Of a stretch of 64,000 nt of DNA, positions 28,876 through 38,890 are shown piece by piece. A program made the translations under genes and the position numbers. Origin of the DNA: an uncultured Acidimicrobiaceae bacterium (GTDB taxonomy: Bacteria; Actinomycetota; Acidimicrobiia; Acidimicrobiales; RAAP-2); contig CAVSSK010000004.1 of assembly GCA_963730395.1 (NCBI GenBank), positions 194,110 through 258,109 on the forward strand, written 5' to 3'. The notes beneath the pieces are model-generated. The model ran no database searches, had not been told where the DNA came from, and saw only the letters and a list, made by a program, of their open reading frames with translations. Numbering within the stretch: position 1 is the first letter of the stretch; each line of letters opens with the position of its first letter.

Positions 28876-30119
28876 CAGCGGGAGTCGGGCACCCGGAGCC
28901 AGGCGAGGGGCTGTCCCTCTTGCACCCGCTCTCCGTCAGCGGCCAGCCAGCGAATGACCTGGCCCGCGAACGGCGTGCGCACCTCGGAGACCCCGACCCG
29001 ACCCACGAGGTCGCCGACGGCGACGTCGGAGGGCGGCTCGCCGGCGCCGGCGTCGCCGCCCGTCCCGGGCAGCAGCCCCGTCCCCGGAGCCCGCAGGGAC
29101 GACTCCGGGCTGAAGATGCCGCTGGAGGGGCTGACCACGACCCGTTCGGACATGTAGAGGTGCTCGCCCTGGTGGAGCGCGGGCTCGGCGCGCCAGGTGC
29201 CGGCCGCGCCGATCTGGTCCATCAGCGTGTCGAGGTCCTCGGGCTTGGAGACGGCCAGTGACTGGATCTCGGGCAGGCTGCGCTTGGCCAACCCGCTGAG
29301 CACGCCGCCGGGGCCGAGCTCGACGAGGGACGTGAGCCCGAGGCCGGCGAAGGTCTCGAGCGTCTGGCGCCAGCGGACGGGGCTGCAGAGCTGGGCGGAG
29401 AGCAACCCCGGCCATTCGGCGGGGTCGTCGTGCACGTGTGCGTCCACGTTGGCCACCACGCGGACCTCGGGGGACATGAAGGTCACCTCGGCCAGTGCCT
29501 TGCGCAGGTCGGCGCGGGCGCCCTGCATCAGGGGCGTGTGGAACGCGCCCGATACCTGAATGGGCATGACGCGCTTCGCGCCGAGCCCCTTCGCCAGCTC
29601 GCCGGCCAGGGTCACGGCTTCGGCGGTGCCCGCGATGACGACCTGGCCGGGCGCGTTGTAATTCGCCACCCAGACGTCGCCCTCCGCACGCATGCAGGCC
29701 GCCTCGGCGTCGTCGTCCGCGATGCCGAGGAGCGCGGCCATCGTCCCCGGAGCCTCCTCGCCGGCGCGCGCCATGGACTCGCCGCGAGCGACCACCAAGC
29801 GGATCCCGTCCTCGAAGCCGAGGGCGCCGCTGGCCACCAGCGCCGTGTACTCGCCGAGACTGTGGCCGGCGCAGGCGGCCGGCGTGAGCCCGATCCGCTC
29901 CACCGCGTCGAGCACCACGAGGCTGAGCACGGTGGTGGCCAGCTGCGCGTTCTCGGTCTGGGTCAGCTCCTCGATCGGGGCGTGCAGCAGAAGGTTCGAC
30001 AGGTCACGCTCCGCAGCTGCCGAGGCTTCCTCGACCACCTCCCACGACGGGTGGTCGACCCATGGCTCACCCATACCGGCACGTTGCGATCCCTGTCCGG
30101 GGAAGGTGAAAACCAACAC
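28875..30119 (-). CDS. fabD: Malonyl-CoA:ACP transacylase fused to a C-terminal BCCP/lipoyl-like barrel domain
   Basis: ...VFTFPGQGSQRAGMG..., nucleophile ...GHSLGEYTAL..., ...VSGAFHT... Then a ~100-aa extension ...VVVSPSSGIF...VAVGDLVGRVGVSEVRTPFAGQVIRWLAADGERVQEGQPLAWL. Start is the GTG at 30119 or the ATG at 30170. Confidence 0.8.
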   Translation of the reverse strand: MLVFTFPGQGSQRAGMGEPWVDHPSWEVVEEASAAAERDLSNLLLHAPIEELTQTENAQLATTVLSLVVLDAVERIGLTPAACAGHSLGEYTALVASGALGFEDGIRLVVARGESMARAGEEAPGTMAALLGIADDDAEAACMRAEGDVWVANYNAPGQVVIAGTAEAVTLAGELAKGLGAKRVMPIQVSGAFHTPLMQGARADLRKALAEVTFMSPEVRVVANVDAHVHDDPAEWPGLLSAQLCSPVRWRQTLETFAGLGLTSLVELGPGGVLSGLAKRSLPEIQSLAVSKPEDLDTLMDQIGAAGTWRAEPALHQGEHLYMSERVVVSPSSGIFSPESSLRAPGTGLLPGTGGDAGAGEPPSDVAVGDLVGRVGVSEVRTPFAGQVIRWLAADGERVQEGQPLAWLRVPDSR

Positions 30120-30558
30120 GTGTCCGACGGCTCCGATCGACGGTGGGTGGAGGAGCCCACAGTGTGGCATGCCGACATGGCCCCGGCTCAAGTCCGCCTC
30201 GCGGCGTGCCGCCGGAGTCGCACCTCGGGTGCGAACCGCGACGGTATCGGGCGGCACGTCGCTGGTTACCGCTCGGAAACCGAGTGCGACGCGCGGTACG
30301 ACCGGTGGCGCATGGAGCCGGCGCCGCCGGGTCGGCTGGCGCGGTCCGCCTGCGGCGCAGGACGGTCTGCCCAGGCGCGTCCGAACCTCGCGCCACCCGC
30401 GGCGACGCCGTGCGCGCCTGCCGCCCGCCCTTGGCGTCGGGACCAACCAGCTCGTCCCCGGGCGCCGCGCCGCCGTTGTGACCCCGTTGTGGCGGGACCG
30501 GTCCCCTGGCCTCTGACCGGAGCGGGGCTGGGCGCGGGCGTTTCCAGTGGCCCCGTTT

Positions 30559-30580
30559 GGGAGGATTATCCTGTCCTCCC
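30559..30580. promoter_or_regulatory. Nested palindrome just upstream of the giant-gene start
   Basis: gggagga-ttatcctg-tcctccc (7-bp arms) enclosing aggat-t-atcct. The left arm is Shine-Dalgarno-like. Confidence 0.4.
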
Positions 30581-30591
30581 AGGGGGGGTCT

Positions 30592-33500
30592 GTGGGCGAC
30601 GGGCAGAGAGAGGTCCAACGAGCGGGCGGACGCTGGGCGCACCGCATGGCATCCGTGCTCCTCGGCGCGTCGCTCGCCATGGCGTCCACCGTGGCTCTCA
30701 GCGCGGCCGGCACGACGAGCGCGCCCGCCGCCGCACCCGGTCGCCAGTCGTTGCCCGGGAATGAGGGCCTTGTCCCTCCCGGGGCCACGTTGGTCGGCCC
30801 GGCGCCGTCGGGCACGACCCTGCCGCTCGTGGTCGCACTCCATCCGCGCGATCGAGCCGCGCTGGCGACGGAGGTGCAGGCGGTCTCCGATCCCCGCTCA
30901 CCCGAGTACCGCCACTTCCTGACGCCGGCACAGTTCGCACAGCGGTTCGGAGCGACCCAGCGCACCATCGCCCAGGTGACGTCCCTGCTCCGCAGCGAGG
31001 GCCTCACGGTCGGGACGCCCTCGTCGACCGGACTCTCGCTGCCCGTCTCGGGCACCGTGGCCCAGATCCAGTCCGCCTTCTCGACGCCGATCGCACGCTA
31101 CCGGCTGGCGTCGGGAAAGACGGGGTACGACAACAAGTCGGCCCCGGAGGTGCCGGTCACGGTGGCGCCGCAGATCGAAGGAATCCTCGGACTGAACACG
31201 CTCAGCCCGCCCCAGCCGTCGACGACCCTGCCGCAGGCGAGCCTCGTCAACCCGCACAGCCCTTCCTCCACTGCGGCGCCGGCGCTCGCTCCCGGACAGC
31301 CCTCGCCGCAGTCCGGGTCTTGCACGACGTCCATCAGTTCGGTCCAGACCTCGTACGGCGCCCTCGATGCCGTCCAGTTGGCGCAGGCGTACTCGTTCGA
31401 CCCGCTCTACACCGCCAACCACTACGGCGCGGGGACCACGGTCGCCCTCCTGGAGATGGCCGATGCCGACTACAGCTCGACCGACATCAGCAATTTCGCC
31501 AACTGCTACGGCATCACGCTCGGTGGGTCGCAGATCACGAGGAAACCCGTGGACGGAGGCACGACCACGGGCGGCGCCACCGTGGAATCGGAGCTCGACA
31601 TAGAGAACGTGCTCTCCCTGGCGCCGAAGGCGAACATCGAGGTCTACGAGGGCGCGGCGTCGGACAGCATCTACAACGTCTTCAGCCGGATCGTCAGCGA
31701 CGACACGGCGAGGATCGTGAGCGCGAGCTGGACCAACGGCTGCGAGGCGTACGTGCCAGCGTCCTACCAGGCTTCGGAGAACACGCTCTTCCAGGCGGCG
31801 GCCACCGAGGGGCAGTCGATCTTCGTGGCCTCGGGGGACCAGGGGTCGCAGGGCTGCAACATCAACGGCGCCATCAAGGCGACGACCGGCTCGGATCCCG
31901 TCGCCCAGGCCGTGGACCCCTCCACGGGCACCCTCTACATCGCCAACAAGTCCGACGGCACGGTCAGCGTGGACAGCGAAGGAGGCGCCAACGCATACAA
32001 CGCCGTACAGGCGAGCACGGTGTCCACCGGGTCCGGTCCCGATGCGGTCGCACTCGATCCTTCGGTCGGCAACGTCTACGTGGCCAACGCCGGAAGCAGC
32101 AGCCTCACCGTGTTCTCGAAGAGCGCATGCAACCAGACGAACACGGGTGGCTGCAGCTCGACGACGACGATCCTTTCGGGCGGCCACCTCAGCTCGCCGG
32201 CGGCGCTCGCCGCCTACGGGTCGACGCTCTACGTGGGGAACGGCAACGGCACGGTCGCGGTGTACAGCGTCTCGGCTTCGGCGGCCACCTGGGTGGCGAC
32301 GGTCAACCTCCTCTCGGCCTCCGCGCCCAGCGCCCTCGCGGTCGACGCGGTGAACGGTTTGGTGTACGTCGCCGACAAGAACAACGGCAGGGTCGAATAC
32401 TTCAACGCGACGACCTGCAACGCGGGCACGACCACGACGTGCGCCTCGGCACCGAGCTCCGTCTCCGTCGGCAATACTCCCGTCGCGCTGGTCGTGGCCA
32501 GCGGTGCGGGCGACCTCTACGTGGCCAACGCGGGCACCGGAGGGGGGATCTCAGTTGTGAGCTTGGCCACCCACCTGGTGGTCAAGACCATTCCCACCAG
32601 CCAACCCGGCAACGGGACGGGCCTGGTCCAGTCCATCGGCCTGTCTCCCGACGCCAACGAAGTGCTCGCCGTGCTGGTCGGCTTGGGCTTCCCCGGGGAC
32701 GTGATGGCGACGATCAACACCTCGACCCAATCGATCAGTTCGACGGTCGGACTGGAGAACGGCTCGGACAACATGGGCCAGTTGGTGAGCGACGGCACCC
32801 TGGGCTACGCCTGGGTCACCGACACCAATGGAGGCGACATCGTCCAGAACCTGAATCTGGGCGTCTCGGACCCGGCGAGCCAGCCCTACGTCACGGCCGT
32901 CGGCGGCACCTCGGTCACCGCCCTGGGCCCCGCCCCGACCGAGAAGGTGTGGAACGACCAGCTGAACTACTCGGAGGGTGCCGGCGGGGGCGGCATCTCG
33001 CGGACCTTCTCCATGCCGGGGTACCAGCAGCCGATCGGCACGGTCAGCGGCAGCAGCGGCACCCCGTGCGCCAACTCGAGCGGTGACTGCCGCGAGGTCC
33101 CCGACGTGTCGGCCGACGCCGACCCGAGCACCGGTTACGTCATCTATGACTCCGTGAACGGGCTCGGCTGGAATGCGCTGGGCGGGACCAGCGGTGCCGC
33201 ACCCCTGTGGGCCGCCGTCCTCGCCGTCGTCGCTTCGGCGGACGGCAACACCGCCGGCTACGGCGCGCTGAACCCGACGCTGTACGAGCTGGCGCAGAAG
33301 TCGCCCGGCATCCTACCTCAACGACGTCACCTCGGGCAACAACGACTACAACGCGACCAACGGCGGCCAATTCCCCGCCATGGCCGGGTACGACATGGCA
33401 ACCGGCCTCGGGACGCCCGTGGCGTCCCAGCTGGCCTCCGGGCTCACGGGCCTCGCCCTCAACGTGGTGGTCTCGGGCTCCCAGACCTACGGAGGGTCCC

Positions 33501-36500
33501 CGGCCTTCACCGCAGCGGCCAACTACGCCGGCTCCGGGGGACTGCCCTTCGGCGTCACTCTCATCACCAGTGGGCTCACCTGCACCACGGTGGGCACCTC
33601 GACCCCCATCGGCCCGGCCCTGGCGGTGGGGAGCTACACGCTGGCGTCCACGTCGTGCAGCGGGGCGACCCTCTCGGGCCCCAACGGAGCCGACTACTCC
33701 ATCGTCTACACGAGCGCCGCCAACGACTTCACGGTCAGCCCGATCCTCGTCGACGTCGCCGTGTCGGGCACACAGACCTACGGCGGAACGGCGAGCTTCG
33801 CGGGCGCCGCCAGCCCCCCCTCGGGCATCACGGTGAACACGTCGGGCCTCAGCTGCACCCAGGAAGGTGCCTCCACGAGCATCGGCCCGACGCTGAGCGT
33901 GGCGAGCTACACCCTCGTCACCACGTCGTGCAGCGGGGCGACCCTCGGGGGCACCAACCCCGCCGACTACGCCGTCGCCTACACGAGTGCGCCGAACGAC
34001 TTCACCGTGACACCCGCTCCGCTCACGGTCACCGCCTCGAGCCCGAGCATGACCTACGGCGGCTCCGTCCCCGCCATCACGGCCGGCTACTCGGGCTTCG
34101 TGAACGGCGACACGGCGGCGTCGCTCACCACCCGGCCGACCTGCTCGACCACGGCGACCAGCTCGAGCCCGGTCTCGCCTCCGACGTACCCGTCGTCGTG
34201 CGGGGGCGCGGTGGACCCCAACTACTCGTTCAGCTACGTCGGGGGCTCGGTCACGGTGCACGCGGCCACCCTGACGATCACCGCCTCCAGCCCGAGCATG
34301 ACCTACGGGGGCTCCGTCCCCGCCATCACGGCCGGCTACTCGGGCTTCGTCAACGGCGACACGGCGGCGTCGCTCACCTCCCGGCCCACCTGCTCGACCA
34401 CGGCCACCAGCTCGAGCCCGGTCTCGCCTCCGACCTACCCGTCCTCCTGTGGCGGGGCGGTGGACCCCAACTACACCATCGGCTACGTCTCGGGCGCGGT
34501 GACGGTGACCAAGGCACCGCTGACGATCACCGCCTCGAACGGCTCCATGACCTATGGCGGGTCGGTGCCGACCATCACGCCGGCCTACACGGGATTCGTC
34601 AACGGCGACGGCGCCACCTCGCTGTCCACCCCACCCGTCTGCACGACCACGGCCACCAGCTCGAGCCCGGTCGCCGGCTACGCCTCGTCGTGCACCGGAG
34701 CCGCCGACCCCGATTACTCCATCAGCTACGTGGCGGGCACCGTGACGGTGACCAAGGCCCCGCTGACGATCACCGCCTCGAACGTCACCATGACCTACGG
34801 GGGCCCGGTGCCGAACGTGGTGGCGGGGTACACCGGGTTCGTCAACGGCGACACGCCCGCGTCCCTCACGACCAGGCCGACCTGCACGACGACGGCCACC
34901 AGCTCGAGCCCGGTGTCCGGGTCTCCCTACGTCTCCTCGTGCAGCGGCGCCGCGGACCCCAACTACGCCATCGGCTACGTCGCGGGCTCGGTGACGGTCA
35001 ACCAGGCTCCGCTGACGATCACCGCCTCGAGCCCGAGCATGACCTACGGCGGCTCCGTCCCCGCCATCACCGCCGGCTACTCGGGCTTCGTGAACGGCGA
35101 CACGGCGGCGTCGCTCACCACCCGGCCCACCTGCTCGACGACGGCCACCAGCTCGAGCCCGGTCTCCGGGTCGCCCTACGCGTCCTCGTGCGGTGGTGCC
35201 GTCGACTCCAATTACGCCATCAGCTATGTCGGTGGTGCGTCACGGTCGCCACGGCCGCGTTGACCATCACGGCGTCGGGCGGCTCCATGACGTACGGCGG
35301 CGCACCGCCGACCATCACGCCGCTCTACTTCGGCTTCAAGAACGGCGACAACGCCTCGTCCCTGACGCTGCAGCCCACCTGCTCGACCACGGCCACCAGC
35401 TCGAGCCCCGCCTCGGGCTCGCCGTACCCGTCGTCGTGCAGCGGGGCCACCGCATCGAACTACTCCATCTCCTACGTGACGGGCGGAGTGATGGTGAACA
35501 GGGCCCCGCTGACGATCACCGCCTCGAGCGGCTCCATGACGTACGGCGGCGCACCGCCGACCATCACGGCGGGCTACTCGGGATTCGTCAACAGTGACTC
35601 GCCCTCCTCCCTCACGACACCGCCCTCGTGCACTCCCACGGCCACCAGCTCGAGCCCGGTCTCGGGCTCGCCCTACGTGTCAGCGTGCAGTGGCGCCGTG
35701 GACCCCAACTACGCCATCAGCTACGTCGCCGGCTCGGTCACGGTCAATGCGGCGACACTGACGATCACCGCCTCGAGCCCGACGATCACGTACGGCTCCG
35801 TCCCCGCCATCACGGCCGGCTACTCGGGCTTCGTCAACGGGGACACGGCGGCGTCGCTCACCACCCGGCCGACCTGCTCGACCACGGCCACCAGCTCGAG
35901 CCCGGTCTCGCCTCCGACGTACCCGTCCTCCTGTAGCGGGGCAGTGGACCCGAACTACACCATCGGCTACGGGGGCGGGTCGGTGACGATCGACCAGGCG
36001 CCGCTGACCATCACGGCCTCGAGCCAGACAACGACGTACGGGTCCACCCCGACCGCCGTCACGGCCTTGTACTCGGGCTTCGAGAACGGCGAAAGCGCCG
36101 CGTCCCTGAGCGCGCCGCCTTCCTGCGCGACGACGGCCACCAGCTCGAGCGCACCCGGGACCTACCCGTCCTCGTGCACGGGCGCCCTGGACTCCGACTA
36201 CACCATCACCTACGTCAGCGGCACCACGACGGTCAACCCGGCCCCGGTCACCGTCACCGTCAGCGGCAGCCAGGCCAACGGGGGATCGCCGAGCTTCGCC
36301 GCCGCGGTCAGCCCGCCGGCGGGCGTCGCGGTCGACACCAGCGGATTGACCTGCAGCGAGGTGACGCCGGCCACGCCCATCAGCGGCACGTTGCCCAACG
36401 GCACCTACACGCTGGTGGCGGGATCGTGCCAGGGGGCGGCGCTCTCGGGCGCCAACGCCGCCGACTACACCGTCGTCACCGCCAGCTCGTCGGGTGACTT

Positions 36501-37348
36501 CACCGTGACGGGCGCGCCGACCCCGCCCCCGCCTCCGCCTCCACCACCGCCGGCGCCCCAGCACGGTTACTGGCTGGTCGGTTCGGACGGAGGCATCTTC
36601 ACCTTCGGTTCCGCCCTCTTCTACGGCTCGACCGGCAGTCTCAGGCTCCAGCGCCCCGTGGTCGGCATCACGCCGACGAAGGACCGAGGAGGCTACTGGT
36701 TGGTCGCGTCGGACGGCGGGACCTTCGCCTTCGGGGACGCCGGCTTCTACGGCTCCATCCCCGGGCTCGGGCTGCACCCGGCCGGATCGGGTCTGCCCAA
36801 CAGCCTCAACGCGCCCATCGTCGGGATGGTCCCCGCCGCCGACGGCCAGGGCTACTTCGTGGTGGCGTCGGACGGAGGAGTCTTCGCGTTCGGACCGGGT
36901 GCGAGCTTCGCCGGGTCCTGCCCCGGCATCGGGGGCTGCTCGGGACCGGCCGTGTCGGTGATCCCCGACTCGACCGGGAACGGGTACTGGCTCTTCACCA
37001 GCACCGGGAACGTCTACAGCTTCGGTGATGCTCCGACCCTCGGCAGGCCCCGGCGCCGTGGGCTCGCCCGTCACCTCGGCCGTGCGCACGCCGGACGGAA
37101 AGGGCTACTGGGTCCTCGTCGCCAACGGCACGCTGTACGCCTACGGCGACGCCGTCAACGAAGGCAGTCCCGGGGGCCAGTTCGGCGGTCTCGATCCGGC
37201 GTCCGCGGTCTTCACCACTTCCGACGGTGCCGGCTATTGGATCGTCAGCGCCGCCGGTGCGGTCGATCCCTACGGCGACGCCCCCAACGACGGGGGGATG
37301 GCCGGTACACGGCTCAACGGCGCCATCATCGCGGCCAGCGGCTTCTGA
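30592..37348 (+). CDS. Giant secreted multidomain protein. Domain order: signal peptide, S53 pro-domain, sedolisin (S53) peptidase with an inserted beta-propeller, MBG-type repeat array, poly-Pro linker, GYW repeat module. The true frame switches 3 times (possible pseudogene or assembly error).
   Basis: Pro-kumamolisin-like N-terminus (...SDPRSPEYRHFLTPAQFAQRFG...). Catalytic motifs ...ESELDIEN..., ...ASGDQGS..., ...GGTSGAAPLWAA... The C-terminal S53 motif ...LNDVTSGNNDY...MAGYDMATGLGTP is only in the frame of ORF 33380..35263. The track ORF 30547..37443 stays open only because of the high GC. Start is the GTG at 30592 or the ATG at 30646. The true stop is at 37346-37348 in the frame of ORF 37025..37348. 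Confidence 0.75.
31861..32862 (+). other. ~334-aa YVTN-type beta-propeller-like insertion inside the S53 catalytic domain
   Basis: Six blade-like units: GTLYIANKSDGTVSVD, GNVYVANAGSSSLTVFS, STLYVGNGNGTVAVYS, GLVYVADKNNGRVEYFN, GDLYVANAGTGGGISVVS, EVLAVLVG..GDVMATIN. They lie between ASGDQGS (oxyanion Asp) and DPASQPYVTAVGGTS. Confidence 0.65.
33460..36515 (+). repeat. Coding tandem array: 3 long variants (SGSQ.YGG...TSGLTC...ADY.V.Y) and 9 copies of an ~81-aa MBG-type repeat
   Basis: Recurring APLTITASSPSMTYGGSVPAITAGYSGFVNGDTAASLTTRPTCSTTATSSSPVS..Y.SSC.GAVDPNY.I.YV.GSVTV with a period of ~243 nt. Several copies are nearly identical at DNA level (for example 34021.. versus 35002..). Confidence 0.85.
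36559..37345 (+). repeat. C-terminal module of 6-7 repeats 'GYWLV(A/G)SDGG(I/V/T)F(A/T)FG(D/S)A.F.GS'
   Basis: [89 protein letters not shown]..., KGYWVLVANGTLYAYGDAV..., AGYWIVSAAGAVDPYGDAP... It is preceded by the linker APTPPPPPPPPPPAP. Confidence 0.8.
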
Positions 37349-37426
37349 ACCCTCTCCCAGCGATCGCCCCCGGGGCAGATCGGGCACTGACTCTCGGTCG
37401 GCGCCGCCCGGGTCACCGCGGCGGGG

Positions 37427-38890
37427 TCAGGAAGCGCCCGTAGGAGCGAGTGACGCCACACAACCCTGCAGCGCCGCCACACCCGCAGGGTTGGCATTCT
37501 GTGGGCTCGCCGTCGATGACCCCGCCGGGACGGTGGTCGAGGTGGTCGTCGTCGACGGGACCGTCGTCGTGGTGGTGCTCGGGGGAAGCGTGGTCGACGG
37601 CACCGTGGTCGTCGGCACCACGATCAACGGGATCGTGGTGCCCGTGGTCCCGGGGACCGTCGTCGTGGTGGTCGTCGACGGGACGGTCGTGGGGGCCGTC
37701 GGGGCCGTGGGCGGAGTCGTGCTGATGCCGGCGGGGACGGTGGTCGTGGTCGACGGCACCGTGGTGGTCGTGGTCGTCGACCCGGTCGGCGCCGCCCCGG
37801 TGGGCGTGGGCGCCGTGATGGCCACCGTGGTGCAGGCCCCGGCCGTCTGCAGTGTCGCCACGTCAGCCACCATCTTGGTCAGTGAACGGCGCTCGGCGTC
37901 ATTGTCGGATGCCAACGTGAACGCGGCCTGGGACACCGCCCGGGCGGCGTCGTCACGGCGCGCGAGCGAAGTCTTGACGGCCGCAGTGGCGTCCTTCTCG
38001 CTCGCGAGCAAGTCGGCCGCCGTGATGCTCAGGTACTGCTGAGCGACGACGCCGTCCGCATCCTGCGGGCTGTGCGGGTTCACCCCGTCGCCGAGATTCG
38101 AGAGAGAGGCGCTCGAGTACAGGCCGCTGCTCACGTACTCGTCGACTGCAAACCGTCGGAGGGCGCGGGACGCGGCGTCCGATCGGGTCTGCGCCGCCGA
38201 CACCTGGGATTCCACCGCCGCCAATTGCTGGGTCCGCGACGTCATCACACCCTGGTCGGCGACCACGGCGGCGACGGCGCGCTGGTAGTCGTGCAGGTCC
38301 GCCGTCACGTTCCCGTAGACGTCGAGCGCCGACGAATGGGACAGCACGCCGGGGAGGCCGCCGGCGACACCGAGCACCGCGTTCGCGTAGCACGGCACTC
38401 CGTCCGCGGACGGCGCGCACCACGCGCTCTGGTCGACCACGGCCAGGAACGCTCCCGGCGGTGCGACGGTCCCGGCCCGCAGCGCGGACGTGATGGGCCA
38501 CATGTTCGGCTGGAACAAGGTGGTCACGGTCGCCGTGCAACCGGCCTGCCAGGTGGCAAAGGCGGGGAACCCGTTCGCCGACACCACTCCGGGGATCGGA
38601 GCCCCACTGGCGTCGGTCATCCGCCGCGTGTTGAAGGGGTTGTACGCCGCCGTGTTGTTGGTCGATCCGCCCTCGGCGGCCTGCCATTCATCGAGATCGG
38701 TGACGTTCTGAGCCGTCGCCGGTGCGGTGACGCCCTGGAGCACGCAGAGCTCCCAGCCTGGCGGCAGGGGAGTGTCGCCGACCGTCTGGGCTGCTGCGTC
38801 CCCGCCGGCTGTCCACGAGAGCGCGCACCCGGACAGGGCCGCCGTCGCCAGGGCCAGGGTGAGTCCAACGATTCGGGCGGTGCGTGTCAT
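37427..38890 (-). CDS. Lipoprotein with a conserved N-domain, a coiled-coil region and a Thr/Pro-rich C-terminal tail
   Basis: Signal and lipobox MTRTARIVGLTLALATAALSGC. Long helical segment ...QQLAAVESQVSAAQTRSDAASRALRRF... The tail is TTTTTVPSTTTT-type low complexity. Confidence 0.6.
   Translation of the reverse strand: MTRTARIVGLTLALATAALSGCALSWTAGGDAAAQTVGDTPLPPGWELCVLQGVTAPATAQNVTDLDEWQAAEGGSTNNTAAYNPFNTRRMTDASGAPIPGVVSANGFPAFATWQAGCTATVTTLFQPNMWPITSALRAGTVAPPGAFLAVVDQSAWCAPSADGVPCYANAVLGVAGGLPGVLSHSSALDVYGNVTADLHDYQRAVAAVVADQGVMTSRTQQLAAVESQVSAAQTRSDAASRALRRFAVDEYVSSGLYSSASLSNLGDGVNPHSPQDADGVVAQQYLSITAADLLASEKDATAAVKTSLARRDDAARAVSQAAFTLASDNDAERRSLTKMVADVATLQTAGACTTVAITAPTPTGAAPTGSTTTTTTVPSTTTTVPAGISTTPPTAPTAPTTVPSTTTTTTVPGTTGTTIPLIVVPTTTVPSTTLPPSTTTTTVPSTTTTSTTVPAGSSTASPQNANPAGVAALQGCVASLAPTGAS

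Noticed and set aside
33460-36515. CRISPR array or other non-coding repeat array
   Set aside because: The repeats are ~243 nt, lack spacers, and keep an open protein frame with conserved residues (MBG-type). No cas genes are in the window.
30547-37443. Single uninterrupted 2298-aa ORF as listed by the track
   Set aside because: Only about 30592-33313 and about 35239-37048 of this frame give protein-like sequence. The stretches 33.32-35.24 kb and 37.05-37.44 kb translate to Arg/Gly/His/Pro nonsense. The alternative frame there gives S53 C-terminal motifs, MBG repeats and GYW repeats.
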